64,000 nt of DNA from Felis catus (Eukaryota). Location: assembly GCF_018350175.1 (NCBI RefSeq), contig NC_058373.1, forward strand, positions 5,580,001 to 5,644,000. Reading direction: 5' to 3'. Made by a program: the position numbers and the translations under genes. The notes beneath the pieces were generated by a model. It saw only the letters and a program-made list of their open reading frames with translations, ran no database searches and was not told where the DNA came from. Each line of letters starts with the position of its first letter. The first letter of the stretch is position 1. Positions 55,901 to 64,000 of the stretch are shown here, piece after piece.

Positions 55901-56385
55901 GGGGGGGCGGGGAGCGAAAAGGTTGGCGGGGGGGACGGGGGGCCGCCGCCGCCGAAAAGGGCGCCCTACCAAGGGGCGAGCTGGGACAACAGAGCTGGAG
56001 AAAGACCCCCTCCCCGCCCACCAAAAGGGAAGAAAGGGGCCCGCGGCCCCACAGCTGCCCTCTCTGTGCTCTCTCCCTCCCCGCAGCGCTCCGAAAGGAG
56101 GAGGGGTCGTAATGGACCCCCAGCCTCCGACAGGCCCCCTCCTCCCTCCCTCCTTTGTCACGGCAGCCTCCGCACTGGCACCTCCCGGCCGCCTCCCCTC
56201 CCTCCGACCCCAGCCCGCGCCCCCGTGGGGTCGCCCCAGCGCTCACCCAGCGGCAGGCTGATCCGAGGGGCGAGCGCCCGAGTCGGCGGCGGCGGCGGCA
56301 GCAGCAGCAGCAGCAGCAGAAGCAGCAGCGGCGGCCAGGGCGGCAGCGCTCTCCGCTGGGCGGGCGGTCGGCTCCCCCGGCCCAT
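31208..56385 (-). CDS. SEMA4B: Semaphorin-4B, complete spliced CDS (14 coding exons, 2499 nt, 832 aa)
   Basis: Exons 56247-56385, 41367-41530, 41130-41192, 38779-38877, 38063-38174, 37651-37764, 37364-37515, 36074-36255, 35785-35935, 34669-34879, 34472-34587, 34043-34209, 32176-32261, 31208-31950; all GT-AG and phase-consistent; signal peptide, Sema domain ([21 protein letters not shown]), PSI ([14 protein letters not shown]), Ig-like, TM, PDZ-binding end SEIRDSVV*. Confidence 0.96.
32176..32261 (-). CDS. SEMA4B: SEMA4B coding exon 13
   Basis: [15 protein letters not shown]...PVLT; G|GTAAAC. Confidence 0.9.
32632..33590. mobile_element. Three CanSINEs in SEMA4B intron 12 (-,+,+)
   Basis: 32632-32843 (-), 33098-33330 (+), 33344-33590 (+). 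Confidence 0.85.
34043..34209 (-). CDS. SEMA4B: SEMA4B coding exon 12 (PSI domain)
   Basis: [38 protein letters not shown]; AG|GTGAGA. Confidence 0.93.
34472..34587 (-). CDS. SEMA4B: SEMA4B coding exon 11
   Basis: DGRLHKAV...IVEELQIF...LLLDASR; AGG|GTGAGC. Confidence 0.93.
34669..34879 (-). CDS. SEMA4B: SEMA4B coding exon 10
   Basis: CITDS...[16 protein letters not shown]...YDVLFLGT; A|GTAAGT. Confidence 0.93.
35785..35935 (-). CDS. SEMA4B: SEMA4B coding exon 9
   Basis: [13 protein letters not shown]...VPTPRPGA; GCG|GTAAGT. Confidence 0.92.
36074..36255 (-). CDS. SEMA4B: SEMA4B coding exon 8
   Basis: [24 protein letters not shown]...FYGVFTSQ; TG|GTACGG. Confidence 0.93.
36420..36625 (+). 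mobile_element. CanSINE in SEMA4B intron 7
   Basis: Head GGGGCGCCCGGGGGG, B-box GTTCGAG, A tail. Confidence 0.83.
36940..37130. mobile_element. MIR relic containing a 27-bp tandem duplication
   Basis: GACTTGCCCAAGGTCACA...TTTGAACC MIR core. Confidence 0.6.
36958..37011 (+). repeat. Perfect 27-bp tandem duplication
   Basis: AGAGCTTTCTGTGGATGGGTTTTACCC x2. Confidence 0.95.
37364..37515 (-). CDS. SEMA4B: SEMA4B coding exon 7
   Basis: [10 protein letters not shown]...[11 protein letters not shown]...SRIARICK; AAG|GTGAGG. Confidence 0.93.
37651..37764 (-). CDS. SEMA4B: SEMA4B coding exon 6
   Basis: [21 protein letters not shown]...LNWLQ; G|GTGAAG. Confidence 0.93.
38063..38174 (-). CDS. SEMA4B: SEMA4B coding exon 5
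   Basis: SVENFTL...[19 protein letters not shown]; G|GTGAGT. Confidence 0.93.
38779..38877 (-). CDS. SEMA4B: SEMA4B coding exon 4
   Basis: [11 protein letters not shown]...[15 protein letters not shown]; CCAG|...ATC|GTGAGT. Confidence 0.93.
38916..38929 (+). promoter_or_regulatory. Candidate CTCF site
   Basis: CCACCAGGGGGCAC matches the CCASYAGRKGGCRS core at all 14 positions. Confidence 0.55.
39589..40498. mobile_element. Three CanSINEs in SEMA4B intron 3 (-,+,+)
   Basis: 39589-39804 (-), 40077-40290 (+), 40292-40498 (+). Confidence 0.85.
40820..41010. mobile_element. MIR relic
   Basis: CCCCACTTTACAGGTGGAGACACTAAGGCTCAGAGAGG...CAAGGTCAC. Confidence 0.65.
41130..41192 (-). CDS. SEMA4B: SEMA4B coding exon 3
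   Basis: [21 protein letters not shown]; GCAG|...CAG|GTGAGC. Confidence 0.93.
41367..41530 (-). CDS. SEMA4B: SEMA4B coding exon 2
   Basis: [17 protein letters not shown]...GGEYQE; CCAG|GC...GAG|GTGAGA. Confidence 0.93.
42117..42315 (+). mobile_element. Young SINEC_Fc-type element, perfect 16-bp TSD
   Basis: TTAAAATGGCAGAGGG at 42101-42116 and 42316-42331. Confidence 0.92.
42594..42924. mobile_element. CanSINE (+, 42594-42810) and short SINE (-, 42820-42924)
   Basis: Heads at 42594 (+) and 42924 (-). Confidence 0.8.
45571..46150 (+). mobile_element. Two CanSINEs
   Basis: 45571-45776 and 45919-46150. Confidence 0.85.
46150..46440. mobile_element. MIR relic
   Basis: GAGCCTCACTTTCCTTATCTGGAAAATGGGGATAATAA core, opposite orientation to the 36940 MIR. 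Confidence 0.65.
50570..50795 (-). mobile_element. Young SINEC_Fc-type element, perfect 18-bp TSD
   Basis: AAAATGTCCTGAGCTTTA at 50552-50569 and 50796-50813. Confidence 0.92.
54278..54309 (+). repeat. (GT)n followed by a poly-G run
   Basis: GTGTGTGTGTGTGTC then ~15 G. Confidence 0.8.
54820..55050. mobile_element. MIR relic
   Basis: ATTATCCCATTTTAAAGATGAGGAAATCAAGGCCCAGAAAGGTT...CAAGGTCA. Confidence 0.65.
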
Positions 56386-57200
56386 CGCGGCGCTCCGGAC
56401 AGCGGGGAGCAACGGCGTCCTCGGGGCTCCGGCTCAGGTGGCTCGACTTGACTCGCGGGTGGCGGCCCCGCCCCGCCGTAGACGGCCCGGGTCTCTCGAC
56501 CTGGGCGGGGAGCTGCGGTCACGTGGGCCGCCAGCCCCCTCCCCCCCACCCGGCCCCTCCCGGACGGAGCCAGCCCCCGAGCGGAGGGAGGGGCCGAAGG
56601 AGGAAGTCGGGCGCCCGGCCCGGCCTCTCCCGCTCCGCTCCCGGCCCAGCCCGCCCCGCCTCCCTCCTCCCACCTCTCACCTCCCACCTCCCCGTTCCCT
56701 CCTCCCTCCCGGCGCGGGAGGCCCGAGCGGCGGCCGCGTGCTGCGCCCTGCTCTGTGCGCCCCGGGAGCGTGCTCCGCGCGCGCGCGGAGCAGAGCGGAC
56801 CCCTCGGTCCCACCCGGCCCCCGCCCCGCGGGCCCTGCCGCCGCCGCCCCACCCCCTTCCTGCTTTTCCACGACCCCCTGAGCGCGTGGGGTTGGGAAAA
56901 CGCGTGGGTCTCTCCCTGGGCGCCTCCCGAGGGTCGAGCCTTGGTCTCTCCTCACCCCCCACCCCCGCGCTAGTGCTCCTAGCACCCACTTGCCCGTGAC
57001 CAAAGGAATCGGCCGAGCTCGTGCTGACGACCAGGCCGGTTGCTTCCGAGTCTAATTTCTGCACCGGTCAACCCACCTGGGGTCTTGGCAGGGCGGTCAC
57101 TACAGGCTCTGCGCCCGCTCTAGGCACCCTGCGCGGCCATCCACGTCTAGGATTCTGCCCACACGAAGCCGCATCTCGGATGGGGGGCGGGGGGGGCGAG
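55750..57200 (-). promoter_or_regulatory. SEMA4B: SEMA4B CpG island/promoter around coding exon 1
   Basis: Very GC/CpG-rich, multiple GC boxes, E-box CACGTG at ~56519-56524. Confidence 0.7.
56247..56385 (-). CDS. SEMA4B: SEMA4B coding exon 1 (signal peptide, L10P5)
   Basis: ATG 56385, donor G|GTGAGC. Confidence 0.9.
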
Positions 57201-57499
57201 GCAAGATTAGCCTAAGTGGGGTAACGGGGAATAAGGTAGTGCCAGGGGCGTCTGAGCTCCTCCACAGCCTGCACGTTGCCTGGGAGGGGAAAAGACTCCC
57301 TCAGACTGGAGTGGAATCCTACAGGCACCCACTGGGAAGAGGCAAGGTCCACCCACCCGCAATCCTCCTGGCTCCTAACATCCTCAGGGATGGAGCTTAG
57401 TTCTGCCGGGACCAGGGCTGTCAAGCTGCAGACTGGGCCTCCCAGTGGGTCCTGGAATCAACTTAAGGGGTCCCTATTAGCATCAAAAAAGAAGCGGAT

Positions 57500-57590
57500 G
57501 GGGCACCTAGGTGGCTCAGCTTTAACTTCTGACTCTTGATCTCAGCTCGGGTTTCGATCTCAGGGTCCTGAGTTCCAGCCCTCTTTTGGG
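57500..57590 (+). mobile_element. Short carnivore SINE fragment
   Basis: GGGGCACCTAGGTGGCTCAG...CTTGATCTCAG. Confidence 0.65.
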
Positions 57591-58362
57591 CTGGGGGGGG
57601 AAGGGGGGAGAAGAAAAGCAAATATGGAAGTGCAATGATGACGGAAGGGATAAGAAGGTGTGGGGAAACGTGTTTCACCTTTTCCTAAATGTGCACAGGA
57701 TCACAGCAAAATGGAATTCTTCCTGTACTTCAGGTCAAAGGGAGTTTGAAAACCTCCGCCAGGCTGGTCATTTCCAGGGCAGTGGTGCAGGTTTCTCCAG
57801 GAATTAGCTGGAAAGTTCCTCTTCACCCCCTGCCCAAACTAGCTTCCTCAGAGCCACCCGCTTTTGCTCTCAGCCCACCCCCAGGGCTCGCCGCACCCTC
57901 TCCCACAGGGTGGCTGTCAGGAGATGGACACAGTACTCACACAGCACCAGGTCTCCTCTCAAAGGCAGCCCTTCCTCATGCCCCGTGATTTCTGTACCTC
58001 CCATCATCCCGACACCCTTCTGTGGACATGGTCCAGGCTAACAGCACCCCTTTATAAAGGGGCTTCCAGCACTGGACACAGAATTCCACACGGGGCGTGG
58101 ACAGCACCTACCACTCGGGGCTCTAGCATTGCCCAAGCCTTGGACACTTCACCTCTATTAATGGTGTCAGTCTGTCTGTAGCCAGTTATGTTATGTCCAA
58201 GCTTCTATCTGCAGCCACGACCTCTGTCCCGAACTCCAGATGGCCTCAACATTTCTACGGGGCTGTCTTGTCTGACAGGCATCTCATATCCAGCATGTCC
58301 TACACTAAGCTCTCCCCCTCCCCAAACGGGCCCCTCCTATATGAGCTTTCTCCATCTCATTT

Positions 58363-58573
58363 AAATTTTTTTATATTTATTTATTTTTGAGAGACAGAGA
58401 CAGAGCACAAGTGGGGAAAGGGTAGAGAGAGAGGGAGACATAGAATCCCAAGCAGGCTCCAGGCTCTGAGCCATCAGCAAAGAGCCCAACGCAGGGCTCG
58501 AACTCACGAACCATAAAATCATGACCTGAGCTGAAGTCGGGACGCTCAGCCGACTGAGCCACCCAGGCACCCC
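58363..58573 (-). mobile_element. CanSINE
   Basis: Poly-T/(GA)n, head at ~58573. Confidence 0.85.
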
Positions 58574-59288
58574 TCTCCATCTCATTTAAAGGAACTCCAT
58601 CTTCAAGCTGCTCAGGTTAAAAACCTTAAACTACTTTCTTTCCTCTGGTTCCTCACACTTGACCCCCTAGCAAGTCCATAATCTGACCATTTACCACCTC
58701 CCCAGGGGGTGGGGGGGTGGCAGTCAGCACCCTCTTTCTCTTGGATACTCTGAGGTCCTCCTAATGGCTGCCTCTGCTTCCACCCTGGTTCCCCTGCAAC
58801 CTGATCTCAACTCAGCAACGAGAGTGAGTCTTTCGAAACCACAGTCAGGTCATGGCACTCCTCTGCTCGACACCCTCCAGTGAGTCCCCGTCTCGCTCAG
58901 ACTAAAAGCCCAAGACTTAACAGTGGTCTCCAAGGCCGTGAGTCATCCTCACCCCCACCTCGCCACCATCTACGCCAGGCCCGCCCCCAGGCCAAGCACT
59001 CAGGGTAGGACCTTGGCCCTGGCTACTCCCTCTGCCTGGAACACTCTTCCCCCAGACAGCCAGTGACTGAGTCCCTTGCTTCCTTCACATCTTTGTTCAA
59101 AGATCACCTTCTTGGAAGAGTCTGAACTTCTCCCCAGATTCCCTTGACCCTGAGATTTTTTTTTCCAAAGCGCTGATCACTCTTGTTTAGTGTTTCCTCA
59201 TTGTCTGGAATCCTCAGCTGCCCCCACTCCCCAGCACCAAGAATGTTGCCTGAGGAAGGCAGCGGTTTTGCTTATTGAGCTAGTTATT

Positions 59289-59512
59289 TATTTTTTAAAT
59301 TTTTTTTTTCAACGTTTATTTATTTTTGGGACAGAGAGAGACAGAGCATGAACGGGGGAGGGGCAGAGAGAGAGGGAGACACAGAATCGGAAACAGGCTC
59401 CAGGCTCCGAGCCATCAGCCCAGAGCCTGACGCGGGGCTCGAACTCACGGACCGCGAGATCATGACCTGGCTGAAGTCGGACGCTTAACCGACTGCGCCA
59501 CCCAGGCGCCCC
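59289..59512 (-). mobile_element. Young SINEC_Fc-type element, perfect 14-bp TSD
   Basis: TTGAGCTAGTTATT at 59275-59288 and 59513-59526. Confidence 0.92.
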
Positions 59513-59769
59513 TTGAGCTAGTTATTAACTAACACGGCCCAAGCAGTGCCGGGCATATGGGAGACCCTCAGTAAGTCGTGGCTACATGAATGAATGAATG
59601 AATATGACCTAAGAGTCACGGAATACTGCTGGCTCATGTCAACAAACCACCAGAGCTACTTTTTTGATATCAACTTTGCTCTAGTAAAGAGTTCCCCCCA
59701 AACCTCAAATTACGCAATTTAACATTTTCAACCTAAGCACAGGACTTCATATGGATCTCCTTTAATTGT

Positions 59770-60500
59770 TTAAAAAAATTTTTTTAAGGTTTATTTATTT
59801 TTGACAGAGAGAGAGAGAGAGACAAGAGTGTGAACAGGGGAGGGGCAGAGAGAAAGGGGGAGACACAGAATCTGAAGCAGGCTCCAGGCTCCGAGCTGTC
59901 AGCACAGAGCCCGACGTGGGGCTCAAACTCACGAACCGAGAGATCACGACCTGAGCTGAAGTTGGATGCTTAACCGACTGAGTCACCCAGGCGCCCCCCT
60001 TTAATTTTTTTTTTTAAAGTTTGTTTATTTATTTATTTAGAGAGAGAGCACGAGCAGGGGAGTGACCGAGAGAGAAGGAGAGAGAAAGAGAATCCCAAGC
60101 AGTCTCTACACTGTTGGCGCAGAGCCTGATGGAGGGCTCGAACTCAGGAAGTGCAAGATCACGACCTGAGCCAGACGCTGAGCCAGACGACCGAGCCACC
60201 CAGGCGACCCACATTGATCTCTTTGAATCTACTGGTTCTGGTCCAGATTTCATCCTACTGAGGTCATCTTGTGCATTAACTCTGTTATCACACATTTGGA
60301 TTCTCTTTTCAGTTCGGAATCATCTGTAAATTTGATAATAACTTCTTAGCCTTTATTCAAGTCATTGATAAAAAATATTGGGTGTCGTGATGCCTGGCTG
60401 GCTCATTTGGTGGAACATGAGGTTCTTGATCTGGGGGTTGTAAGTTCAACCCCCATGCTGGGTGTAGACACTACTTAAAAATAAAATCTTAAAAAAATAT
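59770..60500. mobile_element. Three SINEs (-,-,+)
   Basis: 59770-59998 (-), 60002-60212 (-), 60388-60500 (+, short). Confidence 0.8.
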
Positions 60501-60885
60501 ATTGGGTGAGCAATCCTAGCACCCAGCTCCTGGTTCCTAAATAACACTCATTTATAAAAGGTACTGGGACTCCTTGGGGAAATGAATGGGAAAGTACAAG
60601 GCGAGCCTGGGACATTTCGTTGGGCTAGAAAGCAAGGAAGTTATTAAAGATTAATGGGATAGCGTCAAAAAAACTTTGACCCCGCTTGATGACTAAACTT
60701 GAGATAATCTGAAAATCAAAAAGCATACTGAAGTAATGGGTTCTAATGCATCAAAAGAAAACAATCCATTAGTCCACAGTGAAACTGAGGAAAACACACA
60801 GAGAGAAAAAGAAAGGAAGCTTGTCTTTACAAAGGAATGTTAGCTGATGAAGAAGAATAGACTTCAGAAAAATCTTGATTCAAGC

Positions 60886-60951
60886 GAAGGTAATCAATGG
60901 ATGCTAAGCCATCGGGTGGAAGGTAATCAATGGATGCTAAGCCATCGGGTG
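60886..60951 (+). repeat. Perfect 33-bp tandem duplication
   Basis: GAAGGTAATCAATGGATGCTAAGCCATCGGGTG x2, followed by GAAG. Confidence 0.95.
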
Positions 60952-61732
60952 GAAGATTGTTAGCAAACCGCGGGTTAACAAGGTCTCAAAGTCTGTCGTA
61001 ACAGCGACTTTACTAATTACGGAAGGGAAATTGGATCTCTGAGGGACAGCACTGGCTGCCACCATCCTAACCAAGCGGTCTAAAGTAGCATCACCAGTAA
61101 GGCGACTAGCTGACACAGTTTCCCCCCCAGCATGATGCGGTAAGACATGCAAAACATTAGCAGTCCTCGGAGCACATCGGTCAATGCTGATACATTGATG
61201 ATACATCCAGCATCTACATTCTAGGTTGGACTCTTCCAAAAGGTCAGTCTGGGGACACCTGGGGGGCTCAGTTGGTTGAGCTTCCGACTTTGGTTCAGGT
61301 TATGATCCCATGGTTCATGAGTTCCAGCCCTGCGGCTGTCAGTTAGTTCAGGGCCTGCTTCAGATCCTCTGTCCCCTTCTCTCTCTGCCCCTCCCCCGCT
61401 CATGCTCGCTCACGCACGCACTCTCTCTCTCAAAAATAAACCTTAAAAAATTTTTTAGGGGCACCTACGTGGCTCAGTCGGTTAAGCGTCCAACTTCGGC
61501 TCAGGTCACGATCTCATGGTTCGTGGGTTCGAGCCCTGCGTCGGACTCTGTGCTGACAGCTCGGAGCCTGAAGCCTGCTTCAGATCCTCTTTCCCCCCTC
61601 TCTCTGCCCCTCCCTTGCTTGTGCTCTGTCTCTCTCAAAATAAACTTAAAAAGTTTTTAAAAATAATGTCAATCTGGTGAAAGACAAAAAAGACAAGGGG
61701 ACTATTTTAGATTAAGAAACTAACAAGACATG

Positions 61733-62357
61733 GGAATGCAAACTGGTGCAGCCCCTCTGGAAAACAGTATGGAGGTTCCTCAAAAAATTAAAAATAGAAC
61801 TACTCTATGACCCAGCAATTGCACTACTAGGAATTTATCCAAAGGATAAAAAAATGCTGATTCAAAGGGGCACATGCACCCCAATGTTTATAGTAGTGCT
61901 ATCAACAATAGCCCAAGTATGGAAAGAGCCCAAATGTCCAACAACTGATGAACGGATAAAGACGTGGTATATATACAATGGAACACTACTCGGCGATGAA
62001 AAAGAATGAGATCCTGCCATTTGCAACAACATGGATGGAACTGGAGGATACAATGCTACGTGAAATTAGTCAGTCAGAGAAAGACAAAAATCACTCATAT
62101 GAAGACTTTAAGAGACAAAACAGATGAACATAAGGGAAGGGAAACAAAAGTAATATACAAACAGGGAGGGGGACAAAACAGAAGAGACTCAAATACGAAG
62201 AACAAACTGAGGGTTACTGGAGGGGTCCTGGGAGGGGGGGATGGGCTAAATGGGGAAGGGGCACTAAGGAATCTACTCCTGAAATCACTGTTGTACTATA
62301 GGCTCACTAATTTGGATGTAAATTAAGACAAATAAAAAATTAAATAATAATAAAAAA
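61733..62357 (+). mobile_element. 5'-truncated carnivore L1 (ORF2 C-terminus plus 3' UTR) with ~19-bp TSD
   Basis: ORF 61746-62009 [31 protein letters not shown] is the L1 ORF2 end; G-rich tract, AATAAA/A tail; TSD AAGAAACTAA(C/T)AAG(A/G)CATG at 61714-61732 and 62358-62376. Confidence 0.9.
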
Positions 62358-62720
62358 AAGAAACTAATAAGGCATGATAATCCATGAAATATGTGAAACT
62401 GATGGGATCTTGAAAGAGAAAAACAGAACGCCAAACAGAATCGGGAAAATGTTACGAAGCACCGTGTGTCAGATATTATGGCACTAGTGGTCACTTTCTT
62501 AGGGATGATAAAGGCATTGTGGTTTCAGGAGACTATTATCATCCTCCAGAAATGCCTGCTGAGGTTTTGTAGAGGTAAAGTGTCATGATGTCTGCAACCT
62601 ACTTTCACATGATTCAGCAAAAATAAGTGTGCTGTGTGTGTATGGGTGGGTGTTAGAAACGGTGTGACTGCAACTGTCACAAAGTTTTAACCATTAATTA
62701 ATATAGAAAAGTTACAGGTG

Positions 62721-62937
62721 TGGGGCGCCTGGGCGGCTCAGTCAGTCAAGCATCTGACTCTTGATTTCAGCTCAGGTCATGATCTCACAGTTCGGGAGGT
62801 CGAGCCCCATGTCAGACTCTGTGCTGACAGTGCAGAGCTTGTTTGGGATTCTCTCTCTCCCTCTCTCTCTGTCCTTCCCCCTGGAGTGCTCCCACACATG
62901 CTCGCTCTCTCACTCTCTCTCTCAAAATAAATAAATT

Positions 62938-62968
<31 letters not shown>

Positions 62969-62978
62969 GAAAAGAAAG
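62721..62978 (+). mobile_element. CanSINE with (AAAAG)n tail
   Basis: Head at 62721, tail expanded into an AAAAG microsatellite. Confidence 0.85.
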
Positions 62979-64000
62979 GTTACAGGTGTTTGTGTATTAG
63001 TGTTTTGGAAGTTTTGGGGGGGGGTGGGAACTGGGTAAGATGGGGCCAAAAGCAGAGCCCAGCACCACTACAGACCTCTATCAGGGTGAAACTGATCAAC
63101 ATCCTTTGAGGGCTGAACAAAGAGCTGTGTCCTAAGTGCCCTCCTTCGCCCACACTTCTCCATAGTATCCACAAGAGTATTATGAAAAAAAATTGCAAGA
63201 AATCTTGCTGACATCAAAGTACCAACTACCTTGGCGCAGCATTTCCTTCTACCGTCTGCCTACCATTCTAACCCAGAACAGGGCCTGGGCAGCGGCACGT
63301 GCTCAGTTGGTATTCGTTGAGTGCCCAAATCCCCGTGTCACCTAGCTCCCCAAATGGCAGCAAGGCTGGTTTGCCCTAGTGTCTTGGCAACACAAGGGTT
63401 GTCTGCCTGTTCTGCTCATCCCCGAGGAGAGGAGGCAGGGGCTAACGAGGCCTCGCCGGGTGGTTAATTATGCCCTGCTCACGGCTGCCGAAATGCTTCA
63501 AGTACGTCTTATGCCAACTGGGTGGCAAGCCTCTTGGGGAGAGTGACCAGTCTTGTCTTTGGAACCCCCACCGCCTAGCACGGCGCTCTGGTAGGGCTGA
63601 CAAAATGAGGGGCCCAACTTTGGCCCGGAGATGTGTCCTCCAATCCACACCCCACCCTCAGCTCTCGTGGGCTTCCCTGTCTTCCGTCAGCGTGCTAATT
63701 TGTTCTCCCCAGGCTGGAAAAAACAGGAGGACGATGGACTGAGAAAAACCTCATTTGAGCTGACTTCCTGTGGGCTCAAGAGTGGTTCCCAAGCCAACGC
63801 TGTGTCTCCTGCTCCCCTATGCCACTCTTGGACGTAGGCGAGTCTTTCTCGGCCAGTACATCGGTGTTTATAAAGAGCTCAGGGGCGGCTTGGAAAGACA
63901 GCATAAAAAGAGAGAAGAGAAAAGCAATGCTTCTGTGTAGCCCCCCCCCCCCCCCCGCCCACTGCCAGCAAGATGAAGTCGTCAAGCCTGGACCTCTCTT

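Larger units (their letters stand above)
60520..62720 (+). mobile_element. Old L1MC-type 3' UTR relic, split by two SINEs (61251-61455, 61458-61665) and a younger L1
   Basis: CTAGAAAGCAAGGAAG, ATCAATGGATGCTAA, CACCATCCTAACCAAG motifs typical of L1MC 3' ends, resuming after each insert. Confidence 0.65.

Noticed and set aside
56386-56412. SEMA4B start at 56412 as given by the ORF track
   Set aside because: That codon is TTG; the first ATG in frame is 56385 and gives a normal signal peptide
55769-56881. 370-aa (+) and 359-aa (-) ORFs over the SEMA4B CpG island
   Set aside because: Low-complexity G/P/R/A-rich shadow frames expected in very GC-rich DNA; no recognisable domain; they overlap the true exon 1
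60886-60951. 27-35-bp direct repeats as a possible CRISPR array
   Set aside because: Only two adjacent copies with no spacers, in mammalian DNA; simple tandem duplications
61746-62009. 87-aa ORF as a standalone gene
   Set aside because: C-terminal fragment of L1 ORF2 within a truncated, TSD-flanked L1

Overview
Mammalian genomic DNA, most likely a felid (about 50 carnivore tRNA-derived CanSINE/SINEC_Fc-type elements). It is syntenic with the human 15q26.1 block SEMA4B-CIB1-GDPGP1-TTLL13-NGRN, shown here in reverse orientation. By walking GT-AG sites and checking phase I reconstructed five genes: NGRN coding exon 1 (-, rest of gene outside the window), an intact 14-coding-exon TTLL13 (-, 825 aa), single-coding-exon GDPGP1 (-, 386 aa), 7-exon CIB1 (+, 191 aa, head-to-head with GDPGP1) and 14-coding-exon SEMA4B (-, 832 aa). 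Four CpG-island promoters, many SINEs, L1/L2/MIR relics and several short tandem duplications fill the rest. There is no evidence of prokaryotic-type systems, and most long ORFs in the track are GC-rich shadow frames or SINE translations. The most notable observations are: (1) a +1 reading frame across SEMA4B exons 2-7 that would give exactly 211 aa on an exon 7-to-2 circle, the length of the reported human circSEMA4B peptide, but is broken here by one TGA; (2) RFX X-boxes at the TTLL13 and CIB1 promoters; (3) a decayed copy of the human CIB1 long-isoform exon extension; (4) a donor site overlapping the TTLL13 stop codon that is phase-compatible with NGRN exon 2. Comparisons to human sequences are from recall and need database verification. 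Repeat boundaries are approximate.
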